Assembly: GCA_002718035.1 (NCBI GenBank)
Contig: PBCX01000003.1
Span: 85,393-149,392, forward strand
Direction of reading: 5' to 3'
Length of the DNA: 64,000 nt
Source of the DNA: Flavobacteriales bacterium
GTDB taxonomy: Bacteria; Bacteroidota; Bacteroidia; Flavobacteriales; TMED113
Shown: positions 32,437 through 42,948 of the stretch, piece by piece
Position numbering within the stretch: position 1 is the first letter of the stretch
Layout of the letters: the number at the start of each line of letters is the position of its first letter
Position numbers and translations under genes: made by a program
Notes under the pieces: model-generated
Databases searched by the model: none
Told to the model about the DNA's origin: nothing
The model's input: the letters and a program-made list of their open reading frames with translations, nothing else

Positions 32437-35400
32437 ATGGTTACAAGGTTTTTGAAATTTTTTTTATCAATTTACTCAAGTATTTTTTTTCTATTTGTTT
32501 TTGCAGTTTGTATGGCTGTCGCTACATTTATAGAGAATGATTTTGGTACTATTGAAGCTAAAATACTTGTGTTTAACTCGCTGTGGTTTGAACTAATACT
32601 AATTATATTGACTATTATTTTCATTTACAATATTTTTAATTATAAACTTTATTTAAAGAAAAAAATCCCAATACTTCTTCTACATCTATCTTTTATCTTC
32701 ATTTTATTTGGTGCTGGAATTACAAGATATATTAGTCAAGAAGGAACAATGCCGATTACAGAGGGTGAAACTGAAAATACATTTATTTCTACTGAAGCAT
32801 ATTTAGATTTTGAGTTTCATGATACTAAAAAGCAATGGAAGATGTTTCCAAAAAAATTATTATTATCTCAACTAAAAGATAATTTTTTTAAAGTTTCCAC
32901 TAAAGACTTTAAAAATAGAGAAGTAATTTTATCTTATAACGATTTTATTGCAGACCACTCGCTAAAACTTAATGATTTAGTTTTTAAATCAAAATTTGAA
33001 ATTTTAAAAGCAAATATGAATGACCCCAGTAGTCAAGAGATATTAAATAAAAATATTCTTCATCCTTTTAAAAAAATGACTCCTTATTTTATTAACAATA
33101 ACGCTTTTTTGCTTAGAGCGATTCAAAATCAAGACAATAAAAAAATTTTAGAGTTAATAACTTCTGGTAAAGAGGTTTCTTATTTATTTGAAGGAGACTA
33201 TTTAGAAAAAGGAGGAGTTAGTTTTTCTTATAATAACTCAATTGAAGCAGATGTAAATATTTTAAATAATACAGTAAATGAAGATTTTATTAAGAATGAA
33301 CAGCAGGTATCAGATTTATTAAAATTAAATATAAAATACTTAGATTTTGATACTATTATATCTCTTGACGGTGCTATTGGAATAGTTGGTGAACCTATTT
33401 ATTTTAATCTTGACTCTCTTTTTTTTAAAATTTCATATGGTTCAAGAGAAATTGATTTACCATTTAGTATAAAATTAAATGATTTTCAAATGGAAAGGTA
33501 TCCAGGATCAGATAGTCCTTCTTCTTATGCAAGTGAAATTTCTGTTATCCCTTCTTTAAAAAATTCAAATGATAAAAAATTTGATTACAGAATTTATATG
33601 AATAATATTTTAAATTATAAAGGATATAGATTTTTTCAAGCTTCTTATTTTCCAGATGAATCTGGAACAATTCTTTCAGTTAATCAAGATAGGTTAGGTA
33701 CGTTTGTTACCTATCTCGGATACTTCTTGCTTTTATTAGCAGTAATTTGGGTAATAATCTCCAGATCTACTAGATTTGGCACATTGTCAAAAAGATTAAA
33801 TAGTAAAAATAAAACTATAAAAACCAGCAAGTTCAATAAAATAATAAAAAGTACATTAGTTTTATTTTTATTTTATTCAACTCAAATCCTCTCATATGAT
33901 CAAGATAGTATTTTATTTAATTTGAATAAAATCAGTGTTGAAAATTCAAGTTATTTTTCAAATGTTTTAATAGAGGATAATGATGGTAGAATTAAACCTT
34001 TTCAGACATTAAGTTCTGATATTTTAAGAAAAATTTCTAGAAAACAATCTCTTTCTTATAATTATGATGGTCAATCATTAAAAATGAATGCCGATCAAAT
34101 TTTACTTGGAATGTTATTATTTCCATCAGATTGGATGAAAATTGATTTAATAACTGTTGGGAGAAATCAAAAAGTAAAAAATATTTTTCCAATTAAAAAA
34201 GAATTTTTCTCCTACTGGGATTTTTGGAAGCCCGGTTTAAAGATTGACTTTCCTCCAACATCTTTTAATGAACTAGATACAACTATTTTTTCCTCCAAAG
34301 AAAGTGCTAATTTAAATGACTTTGATTTTTCATTTTATAAAGAATTAAATGGTCATATAAATTTAACTTTGGATGCTGGTTTTATTAATATAAGTTCTCC
34401 CGATACAATAAAATATATGATTTTAAATGGAGAAAATGAGGGAATTAAAGGCGTTATTTTTCCTAATCAAAATTTTTCATTTCAACAAAAAGTTGTTTTC
34501 ACAATCCAAAGAGGAGAAAAGAAAATTATTTTTGTTCCCTCATTAGACTTGAGGGCTTTTAATTACAGATTAAAAGATTATGTGGAAATTGCATATGCAA
34601 AAAAACCAGGATTAAGAAATAAATTTGATAATGCCATTATTGACTTAGATGAAAGATTCAATATTTGTCATATTATTTTTAATTCAATATATAGAACAAT
34701 TGATAGTTCATCTGATGTGCATTTGAACTTTTTCCCTAAAGAATTACCTAAAGAAAATTCTGATAAAAATCTTAAGAAAGTTATTCTTAATGAAAAGTGG
34801 ACCTTTGATAAAAAATATAAGGCCTCAACTTTTTTTTCCTCTATAAAACAATCTATTGAAAGTTTGAATGATTTAGAATTTAGAAGTATAGTTGATGATA
34901 TCATTTTTTACCAGAGAGATAATGCAGATCAAATCATCCCTTCAAAATCCAAAATAGAATTAGAAATATTTTACAATAAAGTTAACCCATTTCACTTTTC
35001 TAGATTATTGTTGTTTTATATATTATTTGGTTTTTTATTTTTAGTAATATTAATTTTTGAAATTTTTAATAGAGAGAATAGGTTGATAAAAATTTTCATA
35101 TTATTTTTCAAATCAACAATTTTTTTAGGTTTTATATTTCACACAACTTTCTTAATTTTTAGAGCAATTATTTCTGGACATGCACCATGGAGTGATGCTT
35201 ATGAATCATTAATTTTTATTTCTTGGGCTACTTTATTATCAGGATTTATTTTTACAAAAAAATCTAATTTTTCACTAGCAGGTTCTTCAATAGTTGGTGC
35301 AATTTTATTATTAGTTGCAAATTTAAATTGGATTAATCCTGCTATTACAAACCTAGTCCCAGTGTTAAATTCTTATTGGTTAATGATTCATGTATCAATA

Positions 35401-35940
35401 ATTACTTCAAGTTACGGTTTTCTTGCTCTAAGCGCCTTTTTAGGGCTTTTAACATTGTTTTTAATAATTTTCGTTCGTAAATCTAATTTTGTTAAAGTAA
35501 ATGATGAAATTAAAAGATTAGTTGGTATTAATGAAATATGTATGGTTATTGGCTTATTTTTATTAACTGTCGGAACCTTTTTAGGTGGGGTTTGGGCAAA
35601 TGAATCCTGGGGGCGTTACTGGGGATGGGACCCAAAAGAAACTTGGGCATTAATTAGCGTTGTTGTATACTCAATTATTTTACATGTTCGTTTAGTATCG
35701 AATAAACGATTTAAATATTTATTCAGTGTACTATCGGTAATTGGTTTTTCGTCAATTATTATGACTTATTTTGGTGTTAATTTTTATTTATCAGGTCTCC
35801 ATTCATATGCCAATGGTGAACCTCCTCCAGCTCAGTCTTGGATATTAATAACTACAATTTTTACATTAATACTCATAATTTTATCGGGCATAAGATTTAA
35901 TTATACTTTTTTAACATATAATAATTCTAAAAACAAATAA
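32437..35940 (+). CDS. ccsA: Fused system II cytochrome c synthase CcsBA
   Basis: ATFIEND, LLHLSF, RYPGSDSPSSYAS, GYRFFQAS, WLMIHV, WWD motif WANESWGRYWGWDPKETW, GLHSYA. Confidence 0.92.
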   Translation: MVTRFLKFFLSIYSSIFFLFVFAVCMAVATFIENDFGTIEAKILVFNSLWFELILIILTIIFIYNIFNYKLYLKKKIPILLLHLSFIFILFGAGITRYISQEGTMPITEGETENTFISTEAYLDFEFHDTKKQWKMFPKKLLLSQLKDNFFKVSTKDFKNREVILSYNDFIADHSLKLNDLVFKSKFEILKANMNDPSSQEILNKNILHPFKKMTPYFINNNAFLLRAIQNQDNKKILELITSGKEVSYLFEGDYLEKGGVSFSYNNSIEADVNILNNTVNEDFIKNEQQVSDLLKLNIKYLDFDTIISLDGAIGIVGEPIYFNLDSLFFKISYGSREIDLPFSIKLNDFQMERYPGSDSPSSYASEISVIPSLKNSNDKKFDYRIYMNNILNYKGYRFFQASYFPDESGTILSVNQDRLGTFVTYLGYFLLLLAVIWVIISRSTRFGTLSKRLNSKNKTIKTSKFNKIIKSTLVLFLFYSTQILSYDQDSILFNLNKISVENSSYFSNVLIEDNDGRIKPFQTLSSDILRKISRKQSLSYNYDGQSLKMNADQILLGMLLFPSDWMKIDLITVGRNQKVKNIFPIKKEFFSYWDFWKPGLKIDFPPTSFNELDTTIFSSKESANLNDFDFSFYKELNGHINLTLDAGFINISSPDTIKYMILNGENEGIKGVIFPNQNFSFQQKVVFTIQRGEKKIIFVPSLDLRAFNYRLKDYVEIAYAKKPGLRNKFDNAIIDLDERFNICHIIFNSIYRTIDSSSDVHLNFFPKELPKENSDKNLKKVILNEKWTFDKKYKASTFFSSIKQSIESLNDLEFRSIVDDIIFYQRDNADQIIPSKSKIELEIFYNKVNPFHFSRLLLFYILFGFLFLVILIFEIFNRENRLIKIFILFFKSTIFLGFIFHTTFLIFRAIISGHAPWSDAYESLIFISWATLLSGFIFTKKSNFSLAGSSIVGAILLLVANLNWINPAITNLVPVLNSYWLMIHVSIITSSYGFLALSAFLGLLTLFLIIFVRKSNFVKVNDEIKRLVGINEICMVIGLFLLTVGTFLGGVWANESWGRYWGWDPKETWALISVVVYSIILHVRLVSNKRFKYLFSVLSVIGFSSIIMTYFGVNFYLSGLHSYANGEPPPAQSWILITTIFTLILIILSGIRFNYTFLTYNNSKNK

Positions 35941-35954
35941 TTTTTTTATATAAA

Positions 35955-36503
35955 ATGAAATTAATAATTTTCTTTATGTTTTGCTTTTTTTGTAACTCTC
36001 AGTCTAATACTAATTATAATAAACAATCATTTTATGATCACAAAGCAGAAATGATTAACGGTGAATTTTTAGATTTTTCATCTTTAAAAGGAAAAAAAGT
36101 CTTAATAGTTAATACTGCTTCGTACTGTGGTTTAACATCACAATACAAAGATCTTGAATCTTTGTATAAGAAGTATAAAGACTCTGGTTTTGAAATTCTT
36201 GCTTTTCCTTCCAATAATTTTGGTAAACAAGAACCTGGTACAAATAATGATATTGCTACTTTCTGCGAATCAAATTATTCAACATCATTTATATTAATGT
36301 CTAAAATTGAAGTTAAGGGAAAAAATATTCATCCAGTATATAGGTGGTTAACAAAAAAAGAATTAAATGGTGTAAAGAGCTCCTCTGTTAAATGGAATTT
36401 TCAAAAATATTTAATTGATGAAAATGGAAATTTTATTGAGTATTATAATCCATATACTTCACCAAAATCTAAAAAAATAACAAATTGGATAGAAGGAATT
36501 TAA
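35955..36503 (+). CDS. Glutathione peroxidase-family protein (Cys type) with signal peptide
   Basis: VNTASYCGLT, AFPSNNFGKQEPG, KWNFQKYLID. Confidence 0.93.
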   Translation: MKLIIFFMFCFFCNSQSNTNYNKQSFYDHKAEMINGEFLDFSSLKGKKVLIVNTASYCGLTSQYKDLESLYKKYKDSGFEILAFPSNNFGKQEPGTNNDIATFCESNYSTSFILMSKIEVKGKNIHPVYRWLTKKELNGVKSSSVKWNFQKYLIDENGNFIEYYNPYTSPKSKKITNWIEGI

Positions 36504-37222
36504 ATCAAAACGTTGACATTCTAGTTTTTGGAGCTCATCCTGACGATATTGAGTTATCATGTTCGGGTACAATTTTGAAACATATTGATCTTGGCTATAG
36601 AGTTGGTCTAATTGACTTAACAAGGGGAGAATTAGGGACTAGAGGAAGTAAAAAAATAAGGGATAAGGAAACTAAAATAGCTACATCATTAATGAATACT
36701 TCTTTTAGAATTAATTTGAACATGAAAGATGGTCTTTTTAACATTAGTGATGATAATAAATTAAAAGTTATTTCCTTAATAAGATCAGCAAAACCAAAAA
36801 TTGTTATTGCAAATTCTGAAAATGATAGACATCCAGATCATGGACGCGCTGCTGAATTAATAAAAACTTGCTGTTTTTTATCTGGATTGGAAAAAATAAC
36901 TACACAGTATGATAATCAAATTCAAGATACTTGGAGGCCAGAACAATTGTTTTATTATATACAATATAATCAGATTACACCTGATGTAATAATTGATATT
37001 TCTAATTATTTTGATAAAAAAATGGAAATTATTAAATCTTATTCTTCTCAGTTTTATAATCCAAAATCGAAAGAAACTAAAACTGTAATTTCTGAAAAAA
37101 ATTTTTTAGAAAGTATAGATTACAGATCAAAAGACCTGGGGAGAATTATAAATGTAAAACATGCTGAAGGATTTAAGTCAGAAAGAATATTATCTATTAA
37201 CAACTTATTTGATTTAAATTAA
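36485..37222 (+). CDS. bshB1: Bacillithiol biosynthesis deacetylase BshB1
   Basis: GAHPDD.EL, DLTRGELGTRG, DRHPDH, SQFY, AEGF. TTG start overlaps gpx and is uncertain. Confidence 0.85.
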   Translation: MDRRNLNQNVDILVFGAHPDDIELSCSGTILKHIDLGYRVGLIDLTRGELGTRGSKKIRDKETKIATSLMNTSFRINLNMKDGLFNISDDNKLKVISLIRSAKPKIVIANSENDRHPDHGRAAELIKTCCFLSGLEKITTQYDNQIQDTWRPEQLFYYIQYNQITPDVIIDISNYFDKKMEIIKSYSSQFYNPKSKETKTVISEKNFLESIDYRSKDLGRIINVKHAEGFKSERILSINNLFDLN

Positions 37223-37831
37223 TCAAATAACTTTAGTTTCAAATAATTTTATGTTTTCTAAGAATCCTTCTAAAACATCATTTTCTTTGACAGTAGAAAC
37301 TCCAGAGGGGGTTCCTGTAAAAATTATATCACCTTTCTTTAAAGTGATAAAATTTGATACATAACTTATGACTTTGTTAAAATTATTAATCATGGATTTG
37401 CTATTTCCATTTTGTACTATAATTCCATTTTTTTTTAATGAAAAGTTTAAATTATTAATATCAAATTTATCTTTTTTAATAAAAGTTCCTATTGTTGCTG
37501 ATCCGTCAAAGGATTTAGCTGCTTCCCACGGTAAGCCTTTCTTTTTTAGATTATTTTGTAAATCTCTAGCAGTAAAATCTATTCCCACACTTATTTCTTC
37601 GAAATATTTATGAGCGTATTTTTCTTGAATGAATTTTCCGACTTTATTTATTTTCAAAATAATTTCAATTTCATGCTCAATATTGTTAGAAAAATCTGGA
37701 ATAAAAAAAGGTTGACCTTTAATTGATATAGCAGTCTCAGGTTTTAAAAAAAAAATAATTTCTTTTTGAAATGAGTTACTTAGCTCTTTTATGTGATCAG
37801 CATAATTTCTACCAATGCAAATAATTTTCAT
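37223..37831 (-). CDS. Fumarylacetoacetate hydrolase family protein (YcgM/FAHD1-like)
   Basis: ICIGRNYADH, FLKP, HEIE, DFTARDLQ, AKSFD, GDIIFTGTP. Confidence 0.9.
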   Translation of the reverse strand: MKIICIGRNYADHIKELSNSFQKEIIFFLKPETAISIKGQPFFIPDFSNNIEHEIEIILKINKVGKFIQEKYAHKYFEEISVGIDFTARDLQNNLKKKGLPWEAAKSFDGSATIGTFIKKDKFDINNLNFSLKKNGIIVQNGNSKSMINNFNKVISYVSNFITLKKGDIIFTGTPSGVSTVKENDVLEGFLENIKLFETKVI

Positions 37832-39150
37832 ATTGATCTGTTATTATCAAAAGATTCCAGATAGTGAGCAACTCTTTTTAAAAAACTTCCTCCAAGGGCA
37901 CCATCAACTACTCTATGATCGTATGAAAGTGATAAGAAGACTTTATGTCGTATGCCAATAAAATCACCATGTTCAGTTTCAACAACAGATGGTTTTTTTT
38001 GTATCACCCCCGCAGCAAGTATTGCTACTTGAGGTTGGTTGATGATAGGAGTTCCCATAATACTTCCAAAGCTCCCAACGTTAGTAAAAGTAAATGTTCC
38101 TCCTGCTGTGTCATCAGGATTTAATTTACCTTCTCTTGCTCTTTTTGCTAAATCGTTAACAGATTTAGTGAGACCTAATAGATTTTTTTCATTTCCATTT
38201 TTAATTACGGGAACTATAAGATTTCCATCTGAAAGGGCTGTAGCCATACCAATATTAATATTTTTATGTTTAATAATTTTGGTTCCGTTAACGGAAATAT
38301 TAATCATTGGAAAATCTAAGATAGCTTTAATAATTGCTTCAATTATAATAGGAGTAAATGTTATATTCTGACTTTCTCTTTCTTTAAATTTTTCTTTTAT
38401 ACTATTTCTCCATGTAACAATTTCGGTCATATCTACTTCATTGAATGATGTAACGTGAGCAGATACAGATTTACTCATTGTCATATGATCAGCAATCATC
38501 TTTCTCATTCTACTCATTTCAATGACTTCGTTGTTTTCAAATTTTTCGGGTGAAATTAAATTATTATTTTCTTCTATTTGCGTATTTAAAATTGGTTGAT
38601 TTTTCTGCTTTTCATTAGCTGGTGAATCTTTTGTTTTTAAATAATTTAAAATATCGTTTTTTGTCACCCTATTATTTTTACCAGAGCCTTGAATTTTTTC
38701 TAGTTCATCATTTGAAATATTTTCTTTTTTCGCAATATTTTTTACCAATGGAGAAAAAAACTTATCAGATTTATTTGAGATTAATTTATTATTAATAATT
38801 TCTTTGGAAGAATTAAATTCTTTTTCAATTTCTTTTATTGATTCATTTAAATTGGATTGATTTTCAATAGGTTGAGTAGATTTTTTTTCATTTGTCTCAT
38901 CATCATTACTGTTAGTTTCAATTATTGCAATAGTTTCACCTACTTTTACGACATCATTTTCAGAAAAGAATATTTCATGTAATTTTCCTTCAACAGAGGA
39001 TGGTATTTCAGAATCTACCTTGTCTGTAGCAATTTCCACAACTGTTTCATCAACTGATATAGGATCACCTATTTTCTTTTGCCAACAAATAATTGTTGCC
39101 TCAGCAACACTTTCACCCATTTTAGGCATTTTTAACTCTATTTTTCCCAT
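37828..39150 (-). CDS. 2-oxo-acid dehydrogenase E2 (dihydrolipoamide acyltransferase, probably branched-chain)
   Basis: Lipoyl motif ATDKVDSE, E3-binding SPLV..IA...GSG..NRVTK, PIINQPQVAIL, DHRVVDG. Confidence 0.9.
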   Translation of the reverse strand: MGKIELKMPKMGESVAEATIICWQKKIGDPISVDETVVEIATDKVDSEIPSSVEGKLHEIFFSENDVVKVGETIAIIETNSNDDETNEKKSTQPIENQSNLNESIKEIEKEFNSSKEIINNKLISNKSDKFFSPLVKNIAKKENISNDELEKIQGSGKNNRVTKNDILNYLKTKDSPANEKQKNQPILNTQIEENNNLISPEKFENNEVIEMSRMRKMIADHMTMSKSVSAHVTSFNEVDMTEIVTWRNSIKEKFKERESQNITFTPIIIEAIIKAILDFPMINISVNGTKIIKHKNINIGMATALSDGNLIVPVIKNGNEKNLLGLTKSVNDLAKRAREGKLNPDDTAGGTFTFTNVGSFGSIMGTPIINQPQVAILAAGVIQKKPSVVETEHGDFIGIRHKVFLSLSYDHRVVDGALGGSFLKRVAHYLESFDNNRSI

Positions 39151-39170
39151 TTTAATTTAGAATCGATTTT

Positions 39171-39178
39171 CAAAATTA
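39171..39178 (-). promoter_or_regulatory. Bacteroidota -7 promoter element
   Basis: TAATTTTG on the minus strand, 20 nt upstream of the E2 ATG. Confidence 0.55.
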
Positions 39179-39216
39179 ATAAAATATAATAATTGAATGT
39201 TTTTGTAGCTAAATAA

Positions 39217-40818
39217 TTAATCAATTTTTTTTAAAGTATATAATTCACCTTTTGAGTTTTTTGAATCACTTCCAATAATGAATTTACCACCCTCAGGAAC
39301 AATTTTTATTTTCATATTGTATTTATTCAAAAATGATATTTTTTTAATTATATGATTGAAAGATATATTTTTTGAACAGAAAATTATTTCATTTATAGAA
39401 TGAATATTTATTGATTTAATTATTTCATCTTTTAATTTTTTAAAATCTTTTTCGGAACTTATTTTCAAGCAATTTATATGAGTAATTTTCATTTTTTCGT
39501 TTATTGTTTTGTTAATAAGATTTTTTACTTTCTTGAATTGAAATTCATCACCAATAATTGCAATTTTTTTATCAATTTTTTTGAAATTGCTAATCCCAAT
39601 AATTCCTAAAATTTTTCTATATAATGTTAGTGAAAAAATTGTCCAAATTAAATTTAAAACTATTAGTGTTCTTGAAATCCTATATTCTTCAGGAAGAAGA
39701 GCATAAATAATCAGTATAATGATACTTGCAATAAGAGTTCCTTTAATTATTTTGTTGATTTTAACATACTTTTCATATCCCCTGTTAATAAAAATAAAAA
39801 AAATTGACACTGCAATACATACCGGTACTGTAATGCTCATAAATTCATTTGGTAATATTTTTTGTTCTCCAATTAAGCTCAAGGAGTATTTCTCCCAGGT
39901 AACTTTTAGTATCTTTGAGCCAAAATAAATTATCATTATATCAACTAATGTATATATAGTTTCATCAAAAAACCTTTTTAAAACTGAAATTGTAGCCCTA
40001 AAATAAATTGCAAAATGAATAATGAAGTAAAAAAATAGAGCGTTTTTTCCTTTGAAATGCTTGTTAGAAAATATACTCATTGCTTTGTAAAATAAGTAAA
40101 CATAATTCATGCTTCCTTTTTTTGTGCTTTCCCCTTTATAGTGAATTATTTTTGTCTTTGGAAAATAATAATTTTTATACCCTGCGTTTTTTATTCTATA
40201 AGATAAATCAATATCTTCTCCATACATGAAAAATTTTTCATCTAGTAAACCAACTTTTTTCACAATATTTTTTTTTGTTAAAAAAAAAGCCCCTGATAAA
40301 ACATCAACTTCATGTGTCTTATTTTCATCTAAGTAACTTAGATGATACTGACCAAAAGTTTTTGATTTTGGAAATATGTAACTGAGTCCAAAAATTTTAT
40401 AAAATGCAATAATAGGGGAGGGAAAAGATCTTTTAGATTCTGGTAAGAAATTCCCATTACCATCAATCATTTTTACACCTAAGCCTCCAATATTTTCTTT
40501 TCTTTTCATAAATAAAATACATTTATTTAATGTATCTTCTTCAAGTAATGTGTCTGGGTTGAGTAATAAAATATACTTACCTTTCGCTTTTTTTATTGCT
40601 TGATTATTGGCTCTAGAAAATCCAACATTTTTTTTATTTTTGATAAGTTTATATTCTGAAAATTTACTTTCCACCATTTCGACAGATCCGTCAACAGAGT
40701 TGTTATCAACTATAAGTACCTCAGTTTTGATTTTTTTAGATGATAGTTGAACAGAGTAGAGACATTGTTCTAAAAAGTATTTTACATTATAATTAACAAT
40801 AATAATTGAAAGAGTCAT
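39217..40818 (-). CDS. Glycosyltransferase family 2 with membrane and C-terminal CoA-binding-like regions
   Basis: SIIIVNYN, VDNNSVDGS, GFSRANN, LLNPD, FFMYGEDID, IHYKGES, followed by TM helices. Confidence 0.88.
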   Translation of the reverse strand: MTLSIIIVNYNVKYFLEQCLYSVQLSSKKIKTEVLIVDNNSVDGSVEMVESKFSEYKLIKNKKNVGFSRANNQAIKKAKGKYILLLNPDTLLEEDTLNKCILFMKRKENIGGLGVKMIDGNGNFLPESKRSFPSPIIAFYKIFGLSYIFPKSKTFGQYHLSYLDENKTHEVDVLSGAFFLTKKNIVKKVGLLDEKFFMYGEDIDLSYRIKNAGYKNYYFPKTKIIHYKGESTKKGSMNYVYLFYKAMSIFSNKHFKGKNALFFYFIIHFAIYFRATISVLKRFFDETIYTLVDIMIIYFGSKILKVTWEKYSLSLIGEQKILPNEFMSITVPVCIAVSIFFIFINRGYEKYVKINKIIKGTLIASIIILIIYALLPEEYRISRTLIVLNLIWTIFSLTLYRKILGIIGISNFKKIDKKIAIIGDEFQFKKVKNLINKTINEKMKITHINCLKISSEKDFKKLKDEIIKSINIHSINEIIFCSKNISFNHIIKKISFLNKYNMKIKIVPEGGKFIIGSDSKNSKGELYTLKKID

Positions 40819-41432
40819 TTCTCAAGTGTTGTTTCGAATAATTGCCTATTAGTAAGTGATCTACCAAGGGTAATCTCATCAGTGTACTCTAATTCATCTC
40901 CAATTGAAATTCCTCTGGACATTGTAGTGATTTTAACATTATAATTCATAATTTTTTTATAGATAAAAAAATTAGTTGTTTCTCCTTCCATAGTTGTACT
41001 TAAAGCTAAAATAATTTCATCAATTGGATTTTTTTTAATTCTTTCAATTAATGAATTAATATTTAAATCATTTGGGTTTATTCCCTCCATTGGCGATATT
41101 AATCCTCCTAGAATGTGATACAATCCTTTATATTCATTTGTGTTTTCGATTGCAATTAAATCTCTAAAATCACGAATTACACAAATTATTTTTTTATTTC
41201 TTGAATAATCATTGCAAATTTTACAAATTCTTTCTTCAGAAATATTATAACAAGATTCACAATAATTTATTTTATCTACTAATTCTTTTAATGAATTAGA
41301 AATTGTATGTACTTCTTCTTTTTCTTTCTTTATTAAATTGAGAACAAGTCTTAGAGCTGTTCTTTTCCCAATTCCAGGCATAGAAGAAAGTGCATTAACA
41401 GCATTTTCTATTAACTTTGAAGAAAAATTCAT
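40815..41432 (-). CDS. recR: Recombination mediator RecR
   Basis: PGIGKRTALRL, C4 zinc finger, YHILGGLISP, EGETT, GDELEYTDE. True start is likely ATG 41432, not 41510. Confidence 0.95.
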   Translation of the reverse strand: MNFSSKLIENAVNALSSMPGIGKRTALRLVLNLIKKEKEEVHTISNSLKELVDKINYCESCYNISEERICKICNDYSRNKKIICVIRDFRDLIAIENTNEYKGLYHILGGLISPMEGINPNDLNINSLIERIKKNPIDEIILALSTTMEGETTNFFIYKKIMNYNVKITTMSRGISIGDELEYTDEITLGRSLTNRQLFETTLEK

Positions 41433-41490
41433 ATAATCAAAAATAGTTAAACAATTATTAAATACTTGTTCTATATAAAATTTATTTCTA

Positions 41491-42948
41491 ATGACTGAAC
41501 TATTAACCATATTAGTATTAGTATTTTATTTTTCATTTTTATATCTAATATCTAAATGGACCAAAGGGAATGAAGATAATGATACTTTCTTTATAGGTAA
41601 GAGAAATTCTCCATGGTACATAGTTGCCTATGGCATGATTGGTGTCTCTTTATCTGGTATAACATTTTTATCTGTTCCAGGGTGGGTAAAAGCTAAAGAG
41701 TTTTATTATATGCAAATGGTTTTAGGTTTTGTTCCAGGCTATTTTTTTGTTGCCTATGTACTTATGCCAATTTATTATAGAATGAAAGTTTATTCAATTT
41801 ATGAGTATTTAAAGGATAGATTTGGTTATTTTTCTCATAAATCAGGTGCTTTTTATTTTTTCTTATCTAGAACTTTAGGAGCTTCATTGAGATTGTTTTT
41901 AGTTGCTAAAGTTTTAGATATATTATTTTTCAATTCATTAAACATTCCTTTCTTTGTCACTACTTTATTTACTATATTTTTAATTTGGCTTTATACTCAT
42001 AAAGGTGGTATTAAAACAATTATTTGGACAGATACCTTACAGACTACCTTTATGTTATTAACTGTACTCATATGTATTTATGTGATATTTAGGGATTTAG
42101 AGTACACCTCAGTTATTCAAAGTATTAATAAAAATCAACTTGATTTAAATTTTTTTCTATTTGATAATTTTGACGATAGTAGAAACTTTTTCAGATACTT
42201 TTTTTCCGGTATGTTTATTTCAATTGCAATGACAGGTTTAGATCAAGATATGATGCAAAAAAATTTATCATGTAAAAATATAAGAGAAGCTCAACGAAAT
42301 ATGATTTGGTTCAGTTTTGTTTTAGTTTTCGTTAACCTTTTATTTTTATATTTAGGTTCTCTTTTATATGAATATGCATTTCTAAATAAAATTATTGCAG
42401 AAGGTGATGACTTATTTGTTGCTGTCATAAAAAGTGAAAAGCTAGGTATGTTTGTATTTATAACATTTCTTTTAGGCTTAATGAGTGCTGCATATTCGAG
42501 TGCTGACTCTGCTTTAACTTCATTAACAACATCTTTTTGTGTTGATTTTCTAGAAATGAAAAAAAATAACAGCAAGGAAAATAAGTTGAAAAGAAAAAAG
42601 GTTCATTTATTTATTTCTTTACTTTTATTTATAGTCATTCTTATGGTTAACTATTTAAATAATGATAATATCATTTCTACATTATTCACTTTAGCTTCAT
42701 ATACATATGGTCCGTTACTAGGTTTATTTTTCTTTGGTATTTTTACAAAAAGATATATATATGATAATTATACTCCATATATTGTTGTTATCGCTCCTCT
42801 GTTAACGTTTATGCTAAGCGTTTATGATGAATTTTTAATAAATTTTAATTTTGGTTATGAATTACTGGCAGTAAATGGTTTAATTACATTTACAGGTCTA
42901 CTACTCATTAGTAGGTCTAAGTCCGACCTTTTTGATTCAAAAGGTTAG
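41491..42948 (+). CDS. Sodium:solute symporter (SSS) family
   Basis: GMIG.SLSGITF.SVPG, GGIKTIIWTDTLQ, GLDQDMMQKNL, SSADSALT, YTYGPLLG. Confidence 0.9.
   Translation: MTELLTILVLVFYFSFLYLISKWTKGNEDNDTFFIGKRNSPWYIVAYGMIGVSLSGITFLSVPGWVKAKEFYYMQMVLGFVPGYFFVAYVLMPIYYRMKVYSIYEYLKDRFGYFSHKSGAFYFFLSRTLGASLRLFLVAKVLDILFFNSLNIPFFVTTLFTIFLIWLYTHKGGIKTIIWTDTLQTTFMLLTVLICIYVIFRDLEYTSVIQSINKNQLDLNFFLFDNFDDSRNFFRYFFSGMFISIAMTGLDQDMMQKNLSCKNIREAQRNMIWFSFVLVFVNLLFLYLGSLLYEYAFLNKIIAEGDDLFVAVIKSEKLGMFVFITFLLGLMSAAYSSADSALTSLTTSFCVDFLEMKKNNSKENKLKRKKVHLFISLLLFIVILMVNYLNNDNIISTLFTLASYTYGPLLGLFFFGIFTKRYIYDNYTPYIVVIAPLLTFMLSVYDEFLINFNFGYELLAVNGLITFTGLLLISRSKSDLFDSKG

Noticed and set aside
35955-36503. Selenocysteine or stop-codon recoding in the peroxidase
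   Set aside because: The active-site codon is TGT (Cys), and conserved genes show no in-frame stops.
41433-41510. N-terminal extension of RecR in the ORF track
   Set aside because: It overlaps the start and promoter region of the divergent symporter; ATG 41432 gives a normal 205-aa RecR.
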